Assembly (NCBI GenBank): GCA_964016885.1
Contig: OZ024742.1
Coordinates: forward strand, 32,860,001 to 32,924,000
From: Eledone cirrhosa
Taxonomy: Eukaryota
Reading direction: 5' to 3'
Length of the DNA: 64,000 nucleotides
Shown: piece after piece, positions 38,245-51,369 of the stretch
Layout of the letters: each line of letters begins with the position of its first letter
Position numbering within the stretch: position 1 is the first letter of the stretch
Position numbers and translations under genes: made by a program
The notes under the pieces: model-generated
Seen by the model: only the letters and a program-made list of their open reading frames with translations
Database searches by the model: none
What the model was told of the DNA's origin: nothing

Positions 38245-38492
38245 CTGTGAATTTAATAAGTATAACAGCATCAACAATACAGATAGATAAAAACACAGAG
38301 TCATAGGCAATCTGAAACCTGTTTTCTTCTCATTAAGCATAAGATGCACAGCAAATCAAGTCATTAAAACGACTCACTTGTTTGGACAAATAAGCAGAGG
38401 TATGGATGTCTGGTTAAGGAGTTTGTCTTGCAATCATATGGTTCAGTCCCACTTCATGGTACTTTGGGAAACTAGAGAAGCAAGTCATTATA

Positions 38493-39235
38493 TATCATCA
38501 TCATCGTTTTTGTGTCCGTTTTTTTTTTCCATGCTTGCATGGATTGGGCACATTCTTCTCAGCATAGCATCTCTCCACTCATCACTTTCTTTCGTCATCT
38601 CCTCTATGAGTCTCAGCAATTTGAGGTCAACTCTCACCACCTCTGTCCAGGTTTTTCTTGATCTACTTCTACTGCGGCTTCTTTCCACCAGGATTTCCTG
38701 GCACTTCTTCACCCAGCAATCATCAGCCATACGCATCACATGTCCATACCAATGCAGTCTTTTCTCCTGCACACCACCTCGGATTTCTCTTAAACCCAGC
38801 TTCTGTCTCAACTCGTCGAAGCTCTGCCTTTCTCTCACACTTAGATTACACATCCAACAAAGCATGGTTGCTTTATTTCTCTCCAGTCTATGCATGTCCT
38901 CTACAGACAAAGCCCATTACTATGCAGCATCGCAATTTGCACACAGGCATCATACAGTCGTCCTTTTGTACATAGGGAGAAACCTTTTGTTGTCAACAGT
39001 GGGAGTAGCTCTCTAAACTTTTCCATCCTATCCTTATTCTAGCTATTATGCTCTCAGAGCACCCTCTTCCATTGCTAATTAATTTGCCTAGATAGCAGAA
39101 GTTGTCAACCACTACTATGAGCCCTTCCTGTGACTGGAAAAGGTTTATATCACTGGTGCTCTTCCCTTTGGTTACCCCTGTGAATCTTCTACATACCATT
39201 GAATCTGCTGAATCAGCATTGACCTGAACTAAACA
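38493..39235 (-). mobile_element. Degenerate RTE 3' fragment, short-UTR subfamily
   Basis: ORFs 38488..38910 and 38993..39241: RLHWYGHVMRM, GCSESIIARIRIGWK. Confidence 0.85.
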
Positions 39236-40149
39236 ACTCATTCCAGAAGAATTATAAAAATCAAAGACATGACAACCTCCCTACTGCTGGTGCCTCAATA
39301 AAATATACTCAGTAAAGTATGGGAATGTATATAAGTGAGATGTAAGTCCCTGGCCTGCCTCAGCATGGCCAGGGACTTACATCTCTTACATGTATGTGAG
39401 ATGTGGTCCTCCAACCTATCTGAAAGGTTACTAACTCTGCTTGAGTACTAATCCAGCCTGTGAACCCTGTCCAGCTCTTGCTAACAGGGAATGCAAATAT
39501 TAAATGATGATGATGATGAATGCACCTCAATTTATAACCAGCTTTACATTAAACCACTGAAGGAACCTTTATGTGATCATTCGACCTGCCAGAAATAGCT
39601 GCCAAATCTCTTTAAAAAATGAGCACATTTGATAACTTGACACTATGTGCATTGTGTGATAAAAAGACAGGATGGTTGCAGTTGGCACATCTTTGATTAA
39701 AGGTCTTCTTGATCAAAGCTGAGCAGGAGCTAAATGACAATTAATTATTAGTCGTGTATCTAAGCCACAGATCAAATTCTTATTTAATCCAAATATTCAG
39801 ATGTGGGCAGACATGGTCTCCATAAGACATAGTGAAAGCAATCCATTTAGGAGAGCTGTTACTCTCAATAAAAAACTGATACAGGATATAGAGGACCCTT
39901 AAGTCTTGTAAAAAAAACCTGTCTAGTGCTGATGGCACAATAAAATGCACCTAGTGCATAACTAAAGTGGTTGGTGATAAGAAGGGCATACAGTATTAAT
40001 TGCATGTACTTTCTTTCCATCAATGCAAGCATAGAAGAACAGGTGTGAAATGATGAAGATTTGCCCACTGTCACCAAATAAAGAATTCAAATAAAAAGAA
40101 TAAATAGAAACAAAAAAGAATTGAAATTATAAAATTCAATGTGACTTAC

Positions 40150-40305
40150 TTGCTCCAACTCGTATGCTTTTGATCGATCTTCATCAAAATCTGCAGTTTT
40201 CTTGTAAGCTAGAGCCAATCCCCACACTGCCAAGACACTATAGACATTGTCACGTACCCAAGCATGTCTGTCTTTTGTGGTTGTTATCAGTCCACTTGCT
40301 ACATT
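40150..40305 (-). CDS. PHKA: PHKA exon 2 ([52 protein letters not shown])
   Basis: tttcag acceptor, gtaagt donor; AWVRDNVYS motif of the GH15-like domain; 156 nt. Confidence 0.95.
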
Positions 40306-40872
40306 CTGAAAATTTACAACAGTAATTCACCAGATTATTATTGTTTTTATAATGGGTAAGAAATACTGCAAAGTAAAAAAGGAGAGAGAGAGAGAATGGT
40401 GGAAAGATTGAGAGAGAGAGAGAGATATTAAATGTTGCACAACAATCTTTTTTAGAAGGTGGCCCACAAAATTCACAAGGAAAAACTTGATAGACCACCA
40501 AACATAAATTTATTTCTAATCTCATTATGGAAGACAGCAAGATACCTAATCACTGCACACCACTAATACTTTGTTATGGACCACATTATACATCACTAAT
40601 CTCAATAATGAAGTGAAATAACTATATTTGTGAGGTTCAGAGGTAAAGAATTAGTTACTAAAAAGGTTACATCTGGTTTTGCTCTGATTCCCTCAACAGG
40701 GTCACTTGTTACTCTATGAATTAACTGTGAAAAGATTAATGTTTTTGTTTGTTTGTTTTTTAATGGTTTGCAGACCATCGAAGATGGTGAGATTGATGTA
40801 CTCACTGTTTCTCTTGAACAGCTGCAAGTTAATGGTTGAAGGAAAAATAAAAATTAGTATATATATATATAT

Positions 40873-41440
40873 ATCATCATCATCATCGTTTAACGTCTAT
40901 CTTCCACGCTAGCATTGGTTAGATAGGAGTTGTCTTACTTGAGACAAGATTGGTCGGGTGACCGTGTCTCACTCATATAGGACCATCTTGCAGGTTTTCT
41001 ACGGCTGGATGCCCTTCCTAACACCAACCACATTTACAGTGTGGACTGGGAGTTTTTTATCGTGTTACCTATATGGCCACATTACAGCGTGGACTGTGTG
41101 TTTTTTTTATTGTGACACCTCACAATCTCATTAATTTTGGACTGGATGTTGTGGTACCAACATAACTTTATAAAGAAAAGGTGGTGTTGGTGGGAGTGGG
41201 ATGATGGAGTAGGAGTAGTGGGTTGGGGTGTATATTTGATTAAGAGGTGCCTACTGACTGTACGTTAACATTGTACATAGGGAAGGCAGGTCTTCTGTAT
41301 TACTGCGTGGTGCCAAAGATCTCGATCCAGTGACATTGTCTTAGAGGGGTGTAAGTGTGCAAGGTCGGAATTTATCATGTCGTCTCAGGTTTTTCTGGGT
41401 CTACCTACTCCATAACTGCCATCACTTTTGATTGTCCTGC

Positions 41441-41444
<4 letters not shown>
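40873..41444 (-). mobile_element. RTE 3' fragment between (TA)n tracts
   Basis: Reverse complement of the RTE 3' end and UTR. Confidence 0.85.
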
Positions 41445-41471
<27 letters not shown>

Positions 41472-41749
41472 TCCAATTGTTAAATTGGTGAATTTGTGTA
41501 ACATGAAATCAAAGACTGTGTCAACATACAGTAGATTTTGACTCAACATACGAATTACTATTCATAGTTGTTCCTGTGGTGATCAACTGTAGCTACTATA
41601 AGTGATAATTCCTGCAGTATTTACATAGAAATCAATAAATTCCATAATTAAAGGACCAATATTTATTACATAACTTAATGTGTTTCCTTAATACGTAAAC
41701 GATTACACCTAGAATCGCTAATCCGATGTAGATATCAGGATAAATTGAC

Positions 41750-41781
<32 letters not shown>

Positions 41782-41812
41782 CTGTATATATATATATATA
41801 TATATATATACT

Positions 41813-41880
<68 letters not shown>

Positions 41881-41891
41881 GTATATACATA

Positions 41892-42296
41892 TTGTAAAAG
41901 ACCAATAATTTTCAAAAAGCCGGTACAATGCGGTAGAAAAATACGAAGGGCAAAAAATAAAACAAGCCAAAGTAATGTTTTACCCAGTGTATTTTAGCAT
42001 GGTATTTCAGGGTTATTGCCCTCTTTTTAGATGCGAAGCTGAAACAGTTCAAAACAAAACAAACGAGCGATCGAAATATTCTTCTCTAACAGTATCAAAG
42101 TATTATTCCCAGATTTCGATCGCTCATTTTCTTTTGTTTCAGCTTTACATCAGAAACGTGGATAATAACCCTGAAATACCATGCTAAAATACACTGGGTA
42201 AAACATTACTTTGTTTTGTTTTATTTTTCATCGTTTGCCCTTCATATTTTTCTACCGCATTATACCGGCTTTTCGAAAATTATCGGTCTTTTACTA
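41892..42296. mobile_element. Foldback non-autonomous DNA transposon with long TIRs
   Basis: Arms of about 185 bp are inverted; termini TTGTAAAAGACC / GGTCTTTTACTA; CATA on both flanks. Confidence 0.8.
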
Positions 42297-44878
42297 CATA
42301 TCACCCAAAACTTTGTATCAACTACACCAGACGGTTGCTTCTGACAGGACCCACCAGAAGAGTTTGCGGACTCTGCCTCCATGACCCTTTCAGGAATAAG
42401 TAGGTGAAGAAGAAGATGACCAAAGGTGTGATTTGAGTGAAGGTCACACATAATTAAACCTCTCAAAGGAGATGATGCAGAATTGATTTCTCAGGTGATA
42501 TGCCATACTGCAGAAGACTCACCTTCCCATGCATACAGAATAAATCAAACATGGAGAGGAGAGTTTACATTAATGTCCTTCATATATCTCTACAACTTAA
42601 CACTCATCCATCCCCCACTTCATTATCTAGACCTTAGACCTTCACCCACTTCCTATATTCTGACCCCACCTTGCACATTCAACAATTCCTTCCATCATGG
42701 AAAGACAACTCTACCTCTCCCCTTGTCTAAGCCCTTCCAGCTTGGAAAAGCAGCCTCCACTCCAACCCCCTCCAAGCCCAGCATAACCTATACAACATAC
42801 AAAGACCCGATGAACTAGATGTGGTCTCCTGTTTGGTTTAGTCTCTGAGCATGACAGCCCATCTGGTCCTGGCATACATGAGCGAAGATGTCTAATGACT
42901 ATAACAATATGCTCCCCTCCCTCTTCCATACCCCTGATACATTTTTCCTGTCAAACCCATGCATGCTTGCATGGAAAGCTGGACACACTCTCCATCTGCT
43001 CTCCCACGACAGCAAAAAACATCAAGTCCATCCTGTAAAGTGATCGTACTGGAGCCACAAAAAAAAAACAAAAAACACCCAGTCCACCATGTAATGTGGT
43101 TGTAGTGGTGTCATGAGAAAAGTCAACCACATTACAGTACACACTGTAATGTGGTTGACATCAGAAAAGACAGCCAGCTGTAGAAAACCAAGCCCAAAAC
43201 AGATCTGTTTGAGCATGACATCATCTGATCTGGCTAGCCTCATAACATGACAACTTGTGTAACCCATTCCTGCTAGTTGAGCAGCCATGTAAACAGAGCC
43301 AGTGCCTGGGTATTTAGTGCCCTTACCTGGCTCTACAGTGTGTACCCCCTTCTCCCAAATAAAATAATTCCAACTTATAGTTTGGTAAGCTGACAAACCT
43401 AGTTTTTGACATTTCTTGCTTTGACCATATAAAGAAAATTACTAAGCTTGCATTTTCCACTACACAGTCCACACTCGCCCAGGCCAAATCATACGACCCA
43501 CTCTACCACTTTTGATATTTCCACGAGGCTGCCTTATGGCAAAAATGTTCAGCAACTTACTTATTGATCATAGGAAATCATATATTTTATTAAATTATAT
43601 AAATTTGTATGAAACTCTGATTCTATATGGTCTCAGATCAGCACCCAAGGTGGTTGGCTTTAATGGTAGCACTGGCCCTGCATGTAGATACTCCCTCAGT
43701 GGCTCAGTATTAGATTCTTTCATAGTATCATAAAAATAGAAAGAAATCCATACCATTTGGCCCAATGCAAAGTTGATAATACACTCTAGCCTAGTAATAG
43801 GCCCAGGTCAGATGTGAAATATAGGCTCCATACATAACTGCTCATTAAATATTTTATTAGTACTAAATACATATGATTTAAATATTAATGGATAGATTTG
43901 TAGTGAATCTAAGCAGAGAGATTTGAACTTTTGTTCCTTGGTTGGCAAAATAAATCATTGCAACCACACACACTGACCTTTTAGCTTCATACTGTACCCA
44001 ATGAATTTTACTTTCTTTGTTTTGGGACTTGTGTTGCCAAATTGTCTAGAGGAATAGTTTTCTAGGGGCCATCTGCTTACTGTTAAGAATAACAGACCCT
44101 TCATAGTCTGCCATCAGCTGTTCAAAAGCCAGTTCGGTTCAGCTAATGAAGGAGATCACCACGATGTAGTTTGTCAACAGAACTACTCTAACTCGCTGGG
44201 TCTTGACCTTTTTCGGCCAGCAAGCTAAGTTCTATATCAACAAAGGTTAGTTACACACAACTTCTAACACCAATACAAGCATCCATGCCAAACCACCACA
44301 CGAACTAATACACAATGTTACTATGACACTTTGTTGTTTTTTCTATGTTATCAAAATAACTTCAAAGCAAGTTATTCATTGATAAAATTATTAGTAGCAG
44401 CTCTTGTTATCCTTCATTCTCTCCTGGTTATTGCAACCATCTCGACTCACTTGCCATACAACAATCTAATCAACAATACGTCTACACATTTGATTCACAA
44501 ACAACCAAAGTAAAATTTAAATCCTGCTACACACACATATACATGTTGTGTACATGATGTATTTAAAAATAACAAAACAACAACTAAAATTTGAGAAGAG
44601 TAGGATATCCCACCCCACCCTCAAAATTGTAGGTTCATGTCAACTGGTTTACTTGCCCATCTCAGAGTTCTGGCTTAATGCCGTATTTAAATATCTGGTT
44701 AACGAAGTCTGTTGCCCACCAAAACAATCTAACATTACATTACACTTGATGTATATGTATAAAAACAAGGCTGCTTTAGTGTCAGAAACATCGATTGTTG
44801 TTTAGCTCCAGGTTAATTCTGAACAATCCCGTGGCCATCCCGTTTAGTGATGGATAGCTAGGACTACATTATCTAAAG

Positions 44879-45214
44879 CAGGGGCGTGCAACAGGCGCCT
44901 CGCGGGCCACAATCCTGCCCGCCAGAGTGGCCCGCGATGACCGTTTTTAATTTTTACCTTGTAGTCTTATTTAGAATTTTTTTCGTAACCGTAATACAAT
45001 TTTCTGTTAGTTGACCTATACCAAATACCAAGTCTCGCATTAATAAAACTAAATTATATTTTATTTGTCTTTATTGTTTAAAAATGTATTCACAATGTAT
45101 TTATGACTCAATTCACTGGTTTTCATCAGATTACAAATTTTTGACAGTGACGGCCCTAATAGTTGTTCCAATGTTCAAAAGTGGCCCGCCAATGGAATAT
45201 GTTGCACACCCCTG
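44879..45214. mobile_element. hAT-type MITE
   Basis: TIRs caggggcgtgcaaca / tgttgcacacccctg; perfect 8-bp TSD atctaaag at 44871-44878 and 45215-45222; subterminal ggcccgc motifs. Confidence 0.92.
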
Positions 45215-46411
45215 ATCTAAAGTATCTTTTATTTTAGATGGCGTGATTTGAGGAAGATTTGGCTGCATGCATGGTTGAATGACCTTGTAAACAAAAGGCT
45301 AACATATAAGGCATCCAATATGCAAATAGAATTATAATGGAAGATTCATTATTTTTCTGTTTTGTGTTTTTATTTGTAAATTTGTATAATTATTTTAACA
45401 CATTCATTTTTTTCTTTTTCGTCTACCCTGAATCAGAGCAGACGATCACCATTGAGTAAGTTTCTATAGTGATCGTTCGACCTGTCAGAAATAACAGATA
45501 AATCTCCCCCATCGTCTGGAACGGGAGGAAACATTAGTCAATATAGTCTCTAATATTCAATAAAAATAGGTGATCACGACCGGAAAACCTTCGATCATGG
45601 GTATGCTTCATCGAGGCTAACCGAGGGCTATACAACAGCAACAATTTACTTTAAAAAAACGAAACATATTATAGGTGTCCCCATACTCTCGTTTTGACAA
45701 ATTATATTAATCATATATTATAATTTTATTCACCCCTTGGATGTATTACAGGAAAACATATCATCCCAAGTGCTTAAGTAGTACCTTATTTTCATCAACT
45801 TCGGAAGATTAAAAGGCTTAGTTGTCATCGACGGTATTGAGCACTCGTATATTTTATATTTATGTATTTACAATTCGAATTACATTCAGTAGAAATTTTA
45901 TGGTGTTGTTTAAAACCCAAATGGGGGCTGGTCAAGCAAATTACCACAAGTATTCCAGCCGTGTTCATCTCGTATTCCTTTTTTTTTTAATCACAGAGTG
46001 TATCTGGGATTACACTATTAAATGTGTGTGTGGTTCATTTATTTACTTTTTAAAAACTACAGGCCCGTTTAAATACCACTACATGGCTCTTGTGTATCTT
46101 TAGCAGAGTTCACTTTGTTACAAACACTCAGGCCAGGAAACCGGCCTGATGCTCATTTCCCTCACTTCCTCCTATCAATCATAGGAGTTCCGAAAAATAT
46201 CAAAGGCACTTCCTCATCTGATATATAAGGGTATAAAGGTGTGATTTGAGAAATATATTTGGCTGCTATTTGTTCCGAGTATTAAGATGTGGTCAGTGCA
46301 TCCTATATCATTTCGATAAAAAAATTTACCCTTGAGTAAGAATGAGTTACCTTCCTTCGCCATCATAATCATTGACTGTGCGTGTGTTTATATATATATA
46401 TATATGTAGAG

Positions 46412-46862
46412 GTTATAATAATAATAATAATGAAATATTGTGTACAGTGCTCAGGTGCACTACAACTCATCAAAAAGTGTATGTATAGTACATAGGGTAA
46501 TGTACAAACGTCAGGAAAATGAACAGTGCATGAGTCATGATATACGCATGTGTATGGAAGGGGTACATCAGGTGTAGTTTTGGCGTATTTCGGGAAGCAT
46601 GAGGGTTTTAAAGGATGCAGTGTCTCGGCAGCTAACAACTGATGCAGGCAGTTTGTTCCATGCTTCAGCAACTCTGAGCGTGAAAAAATGTTTACGAAAG
46701 TCATGGGAGCTGTGCTGTTTTCTGATTTTGTAGGCATGTCCACGTGTGTTAGACACATGGAGATCAAAACGGTGCTCAGGGTTGTTGTTGGCGAGATGGT
46801 TAATAACTTTGTGGGTGTTTACCAAGTCCATTGCCAGACGTCGGAGCTTCAATGAATCCATG
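46412..46862 (-). mobile_element. 3' fragment of the CR1/L2-like LINE family seen at 1618-3565
   Basis: ORF 46568..46861 nearly identical to that ORF's C-terminus; (ATT)n tail. Confidence 0.9.
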
Positions 46863-46938
46863 ATTTAATTAAATGTTTTATAAATATAGTTTCCATTTGT
46901 TAATATATTGTATATATATATATGTGTGTGTGTGTGTT

Positions 46939-46993
<55 letters not shown>

Positions 46994-47109
46994 GGGGAGG
47001 GAGTAACAGCAACAAGTATTTGTATTACCAACAAACAAAAAAATTAGCTCCAAATATATGCTGTAATCATAACAACTTGTAGAGTCGAAAAGGGTTAATC
47101 AACAACCAT

Positions 47110-47283
47110 TATTGGTAGAGGGTCGGACGTCATGCTTTGACGCATAGAGTTACGGTCCTTGCCATTCTGAGTTCAAATCCCGCCGAGGTCAACTGTGCCT
47201 TTCATCCTTACGGGGTCGATAAAATAAAGTACCAGTAATGTACTGGGTATTTGCTGGCCTTGTGCCAAAAGTAGAAACAATTA
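47110..47283 (+). mobile_element. SINE family B
   Basis: Same consensus. Confidence 0.82.
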
Positions 47284-48985
47284 TTATTCTAATTGTATCT
47301 CGGTGGCATCAATTTCTGCTTCTGTAATTATCTAATATCAATATAGACTAAGTCATAGATTTATAGACTATCAGAAAACTACAGAACTGTAAACATCCAG
47401 CTGCAATTTGTCTAGTCTGAAATAACTTCTTTTTTACATTGGCAATTAGCCCAGAATGGTAAATCTTTTTGTCATTGTTGACTTAAAACATTATAATAAC
47501 AATAATAATAATTTCTAATTCAGACAAGGCCATCAATTCATGTGGGGAGAGGGAGCGATTATATAAACCTTAGGACTTTACGTTTACTTTATTTTATCGA
47601 CCTCGAAGGGATGAAAGGCAAAGTCGATCTCGGATGGATTTGAATTTAGAATAAGTTCTACTAAGAAATCATTAGTGGATGGCACTGTCGACAGCTTTCA
47701 CCTGTTTCGGTCAACAAGTACTAATAAGTGCTAATTAATTTTAAAATTTCAGATTTATGGTCTTGTGTCTAATTGATAAAACATTACAGGAAACATCAAT
47801 TTAAACTGTTCTAAATCGGTCCTGGTCACAGCTATTGACAAGAATAGGGTCTGGGGAAGCTTAACCACCCCTGAAAAATATAAAGCTCTCGTTTCGTATT
47901 TCTGAATAGTAATCATGTAACATTACAATTATAGAAAAATGAACATCCTCTTAGAATAATCAAAAACCATTAGGTGTAACAGTTTGGTTCTGATTGAGCA
48001 GATATGGTTGAATACATTCCAGCTATGACATTCTCTTGTTTTTTTCTTCTTCTGACATAGTATATAAAAGAACTACATTATTCAATGTGTCTTTTTTTTT
48101 TTAGACGGTAGGGTGTAATGTGAGGGAGATTTGGCTATAATTTCTAGCAGGTAGAGCGTTGGCTCGTTCAAAAATGTTTAGTTGGAGGGTCTATAATTTT
48201 AATAAAGATGAATTTAATCTAAGTTAATCCATAATTCTGTGTTTGCTAACACTAACTACTAATTAAGTATATTGTAACGCACAATCTTGTAAAATCGGTT
48301 AAGGAAACTAGTAGCTGTTGTGTAATAATACTATTTTTACTCAAATAACGAATCATTGTAGTTACCTATTAATAATAAAGATTATGGTGATTTCTTAGAC
48401 ACAATGCCAATTTTCAAACGGCAAAGGCTTGTGTATAATCGAACGCATATCAACACAAAAGGGGTGAATGCAAAGTCAACCATAACTTCATAGGAACTTA
48501 AAATATTAAGAAAAAACTCCAATGTAATATGAACCAGTGCTATCCCAATTCGGTTATTACCTAGCGATTCCATGCATGCGTTAGTGTGAGCTTATGTAAA
48601 TGTAAACAATTACTTGCGTACATGTGCACTAATTATATAGCAAGGCTTTAATTGCATCTAAGATAAGCCACTTTTTAAAATGTTTATAGTGTGCTTATTT
48701 TTTTTTTACACAAATAAATGGATAGATATACGCTCGTGATGGATATATTGTGTGTTTTTTATGTCAACACTAATCGAATAGTAATTTCTAAAAGAAAACA
48801 TATTGAATATGTGAAATACATCGATACAATGTTTGTTGATAAGTTAGAATACACGAAAGACAGACGGGGGAGGGTCTCTCTCTCTCATATATATATATAG
48901 TTAAGTTATTCCGGGTTGAATCGGAGGTAACAACAGTAAGTAAGGTACTCAATACATAGCAGAGTATAAAAGTTTTAATATAGAT

Positions 48986-49038
48986 GACATTCTACAGGAC
49001 TAGAACTGTTTCATTCTTTAGAAATCGTCAGGAATCCC
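48986..49038 (-). ncRNA. Candidate minimal type I hammerhead ribozyme on the PHKA sense strand, intron 1
   Basis: GGGAUUC-CUGACGA-UUUCUAAAGAAU-GAAA-CAG-UUCUAGUC-CUG-UA|GAAUGUC: core boxes, stem I AUUC/GAAU, stem II UUC/GAA, stem III ACAG/CUGU, GUA triplet. Confidence 0.6.
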
Positions 49039-49083
49039 TGATGATTTCTAAAGAATGAAACAGTTCTAGTTCTGTAGAATCTC
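49032..49083 (+). ncRNA. Candidate hammerhead ribozyme, inverted partner copy
   Basis: CUGAUGA 49038-49044, GAAA 49057-49060, stem III ACAG/CUGU, GUA 49074-49076; stem I imperfect. Confidence 0.5.
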
Positions 49084-49084
49084 A

Positions 49085-49133
<49 letters not shown>

Positions 49134-49606
49134 CATATTTTTGACTAAAGAAATTTCTTTAGTAAAAAATACGGTAAAAGCTACTCTATTTCTAATTTCA
49201 AACTTGCTCACAAAACATACTTACTTGTCATATATATATATATATATATATATATGAAGGATTCGGGACCTCGACGGCTGAGCTCCTGCCGTTTCAATCG
49301 CTAGATTTGAACGGCAGGAGCTCAGCCGCCGGGGCCCTGAATCCTTCATATTATCCACTCTACTACCCCAAATATCGAGTACTCTGGTGAGTAATGGTCT
49401 AACTGGTTTTTACTGCATCTAATCTGATTATAGGTATAGATATATAAACACATGTATAAACATACGGTCCTAAAAGAAAACCATGTACTTGTGTTAGTTA
49501 ATAAAGGGGAAGGGGTGCCAAGAGGAAAAGGTCCCTGCACCCTTTAAAGAAGCTCGTCCCAGATGAAAATATCAGAAGTGGCACAGAACACGTATATCCT
49601 CCTTAC

Positions 49607-49684
49607 CTGGTTAGCGAGGATGGTTTTACTAACCAACCTCGAATAATAATCCAAACGGACTCCGGAATTACTGCGAATTCTCAT
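49607..49684 (-). CDS. PHKA: Phosphorylase kinase regulatory subunit alpha, coding exon 1 (MRIRSNSGVRLDYYSRLVSKTILANQ)
   Basis: Manual translation matches the PHKA N-terminus MRSRSNSGVRLD; ATG at 49684; donor CAG|gtaagg; 78 nt, phase 0. Confidence 0.95.
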
Positions 49685-49689
49685 AATGG

Positions 49690-49960
49690 CTGGTTCAGGT
49701 TTTGTTTTATCAAGGACATTCAACTAGTAAAGGCAACTGTCAAGGTCGGTGAAAACTGCCGAGAGTTTGGGTTCGATTGACTCGATTACTTTGCGTGTGT
49801 ATGTGTATGCTCAGTTAGTGTATAAACAAGACTTGCATGCTATTAATGCCACTCCATCATACACTCACTTACTCTCTCTTTAGCTATCTATCTATCCCCC
49901 TCTGTCTCGTTCTCTTCTCTTCCCGTCCCTCACACGTGACAGACCAATAATTGCTAACCT
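49690..49960 (-). promoter_or_regulatory. Putative PHKA 5' UTR and proximal promoter
   Basis: Directly upstream of the exon 1 ATG; locally more CpG; E-box CACGTG at 49933-49938 (GTCACGTG on the minus strand) next to CCAAT at 49944-49948. The TSS cannot be determined. Confidence 0.35.
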
Positions 49961-51369
49961 ATAGCTATCTGTATTCAGTTCTATTCTTCGCTTTTTGTTT
50001 TGACTCATTCTTTTGTCTATTTACTCTCTACTATAACTATTCTATTATATTCAATGAAACAACGACATCTCTCTCCCCCTCCTTATTCATTTGCATATGG
50101 TCCCTCGCTAATTGTAATTCGAGTGGATAGGGTGCAAGGTTACGTAAACATTTTCACGTAAATTAGTTAGCATGCCACTCGTTGGCTTCGTACAAGAAAT
50201 TGTACTTTTGGGAGAAGTACAGCTCCGTCAAGTGAGTTTAACTTGATTATCTGCTGAGACTAAAAGAGGTTCACTTCTTTTTTTAATGAATCTATTCGTA
50301 ACTTACGAGACGATCTAAATAACCAGGAACGCATGTTGAAATGAACACATACGTACGTGTGTATATATAGACATATACATACATGGATCATACAGAAAGA
50401 AACAAACTCATACGACATAGTAATTTGATATATTTCTGATCAAATATAAACATGCAAGTACTTTTCTAAAGACTCACAAAACACCCGCAACGAACGAGTG
50501 TCTCTACGCAATCGTTTGAATTGTTAGAAATAGTAGCCAAATTCTTTCAAATCTGAAAAAATGTAAGGAAACACCAGGACTGTAGATTTATTATATATAG
50601 AAAAAAACTACATGGTCACGACAAGGCAGCCTTCGATTCCTGGTATGCTAAACAACACCTACATAAGAATAATTTTTGGTGATGACGGCGACGATGGCGA
50701 TGTGAAGAAATTCTTCAGCAGCAAGCTGACACCATTTAACATACTTATTCATCACTATAATAGCATAATAACACTCCTGAATTGGGACAACATGGTACCA
50801 CCATTATGCAATACCTGTATTATTTCGAACCACATGAAAGAGCCACTATGTAGTTTTTCGACCGGCTAGAAATAGCAGCCAAAATATCCCGTCTCATATA
50901 GTTAATTGAATAATTATATATGGCGTTGAATTCTCTGCACATAAGAAAACAACAGTATGGCCATGGCTGGAATGCTTTTGATAATAGATATACACAATCA
51001 GGTCTGACCTCTGGCTAAACTGCAACTGATATTATCTTTAGCCAACGGTATGAGGTCGCTAGGTCTGCTAAAAATAGCAGCCAAAAGTGTTTCATGTATT
51101 TTCACTTTGTGCTACTTTCTAACAAGTTTTATGCTACTTTTTAAATAAAATTAAGTTGGCCTATCTCTTCTAAATCATGTCCTACTGTCTTTAAAAAAAA
51201 AGGACACATTGGATGATGTGCTCTCAGATATATTGAAACCCCAAACAAACAAACAAACAAAAAAAAAAGAGCTAGGTTGTTCTCTTGGAATATTTTTGGA
51301 TCATAAGTGTTTGTTCAGAGATGACCTGAGGTTAAACAACAGCCTACATTATTTTGAATATATATATAT

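Noticed and set aside
42015-42160. Hammerhead core within the 41892-42296 foldback
   Set aside because: Only partial CTGATG/GAAAC matches, without the CUGANGA box or supporting stems.
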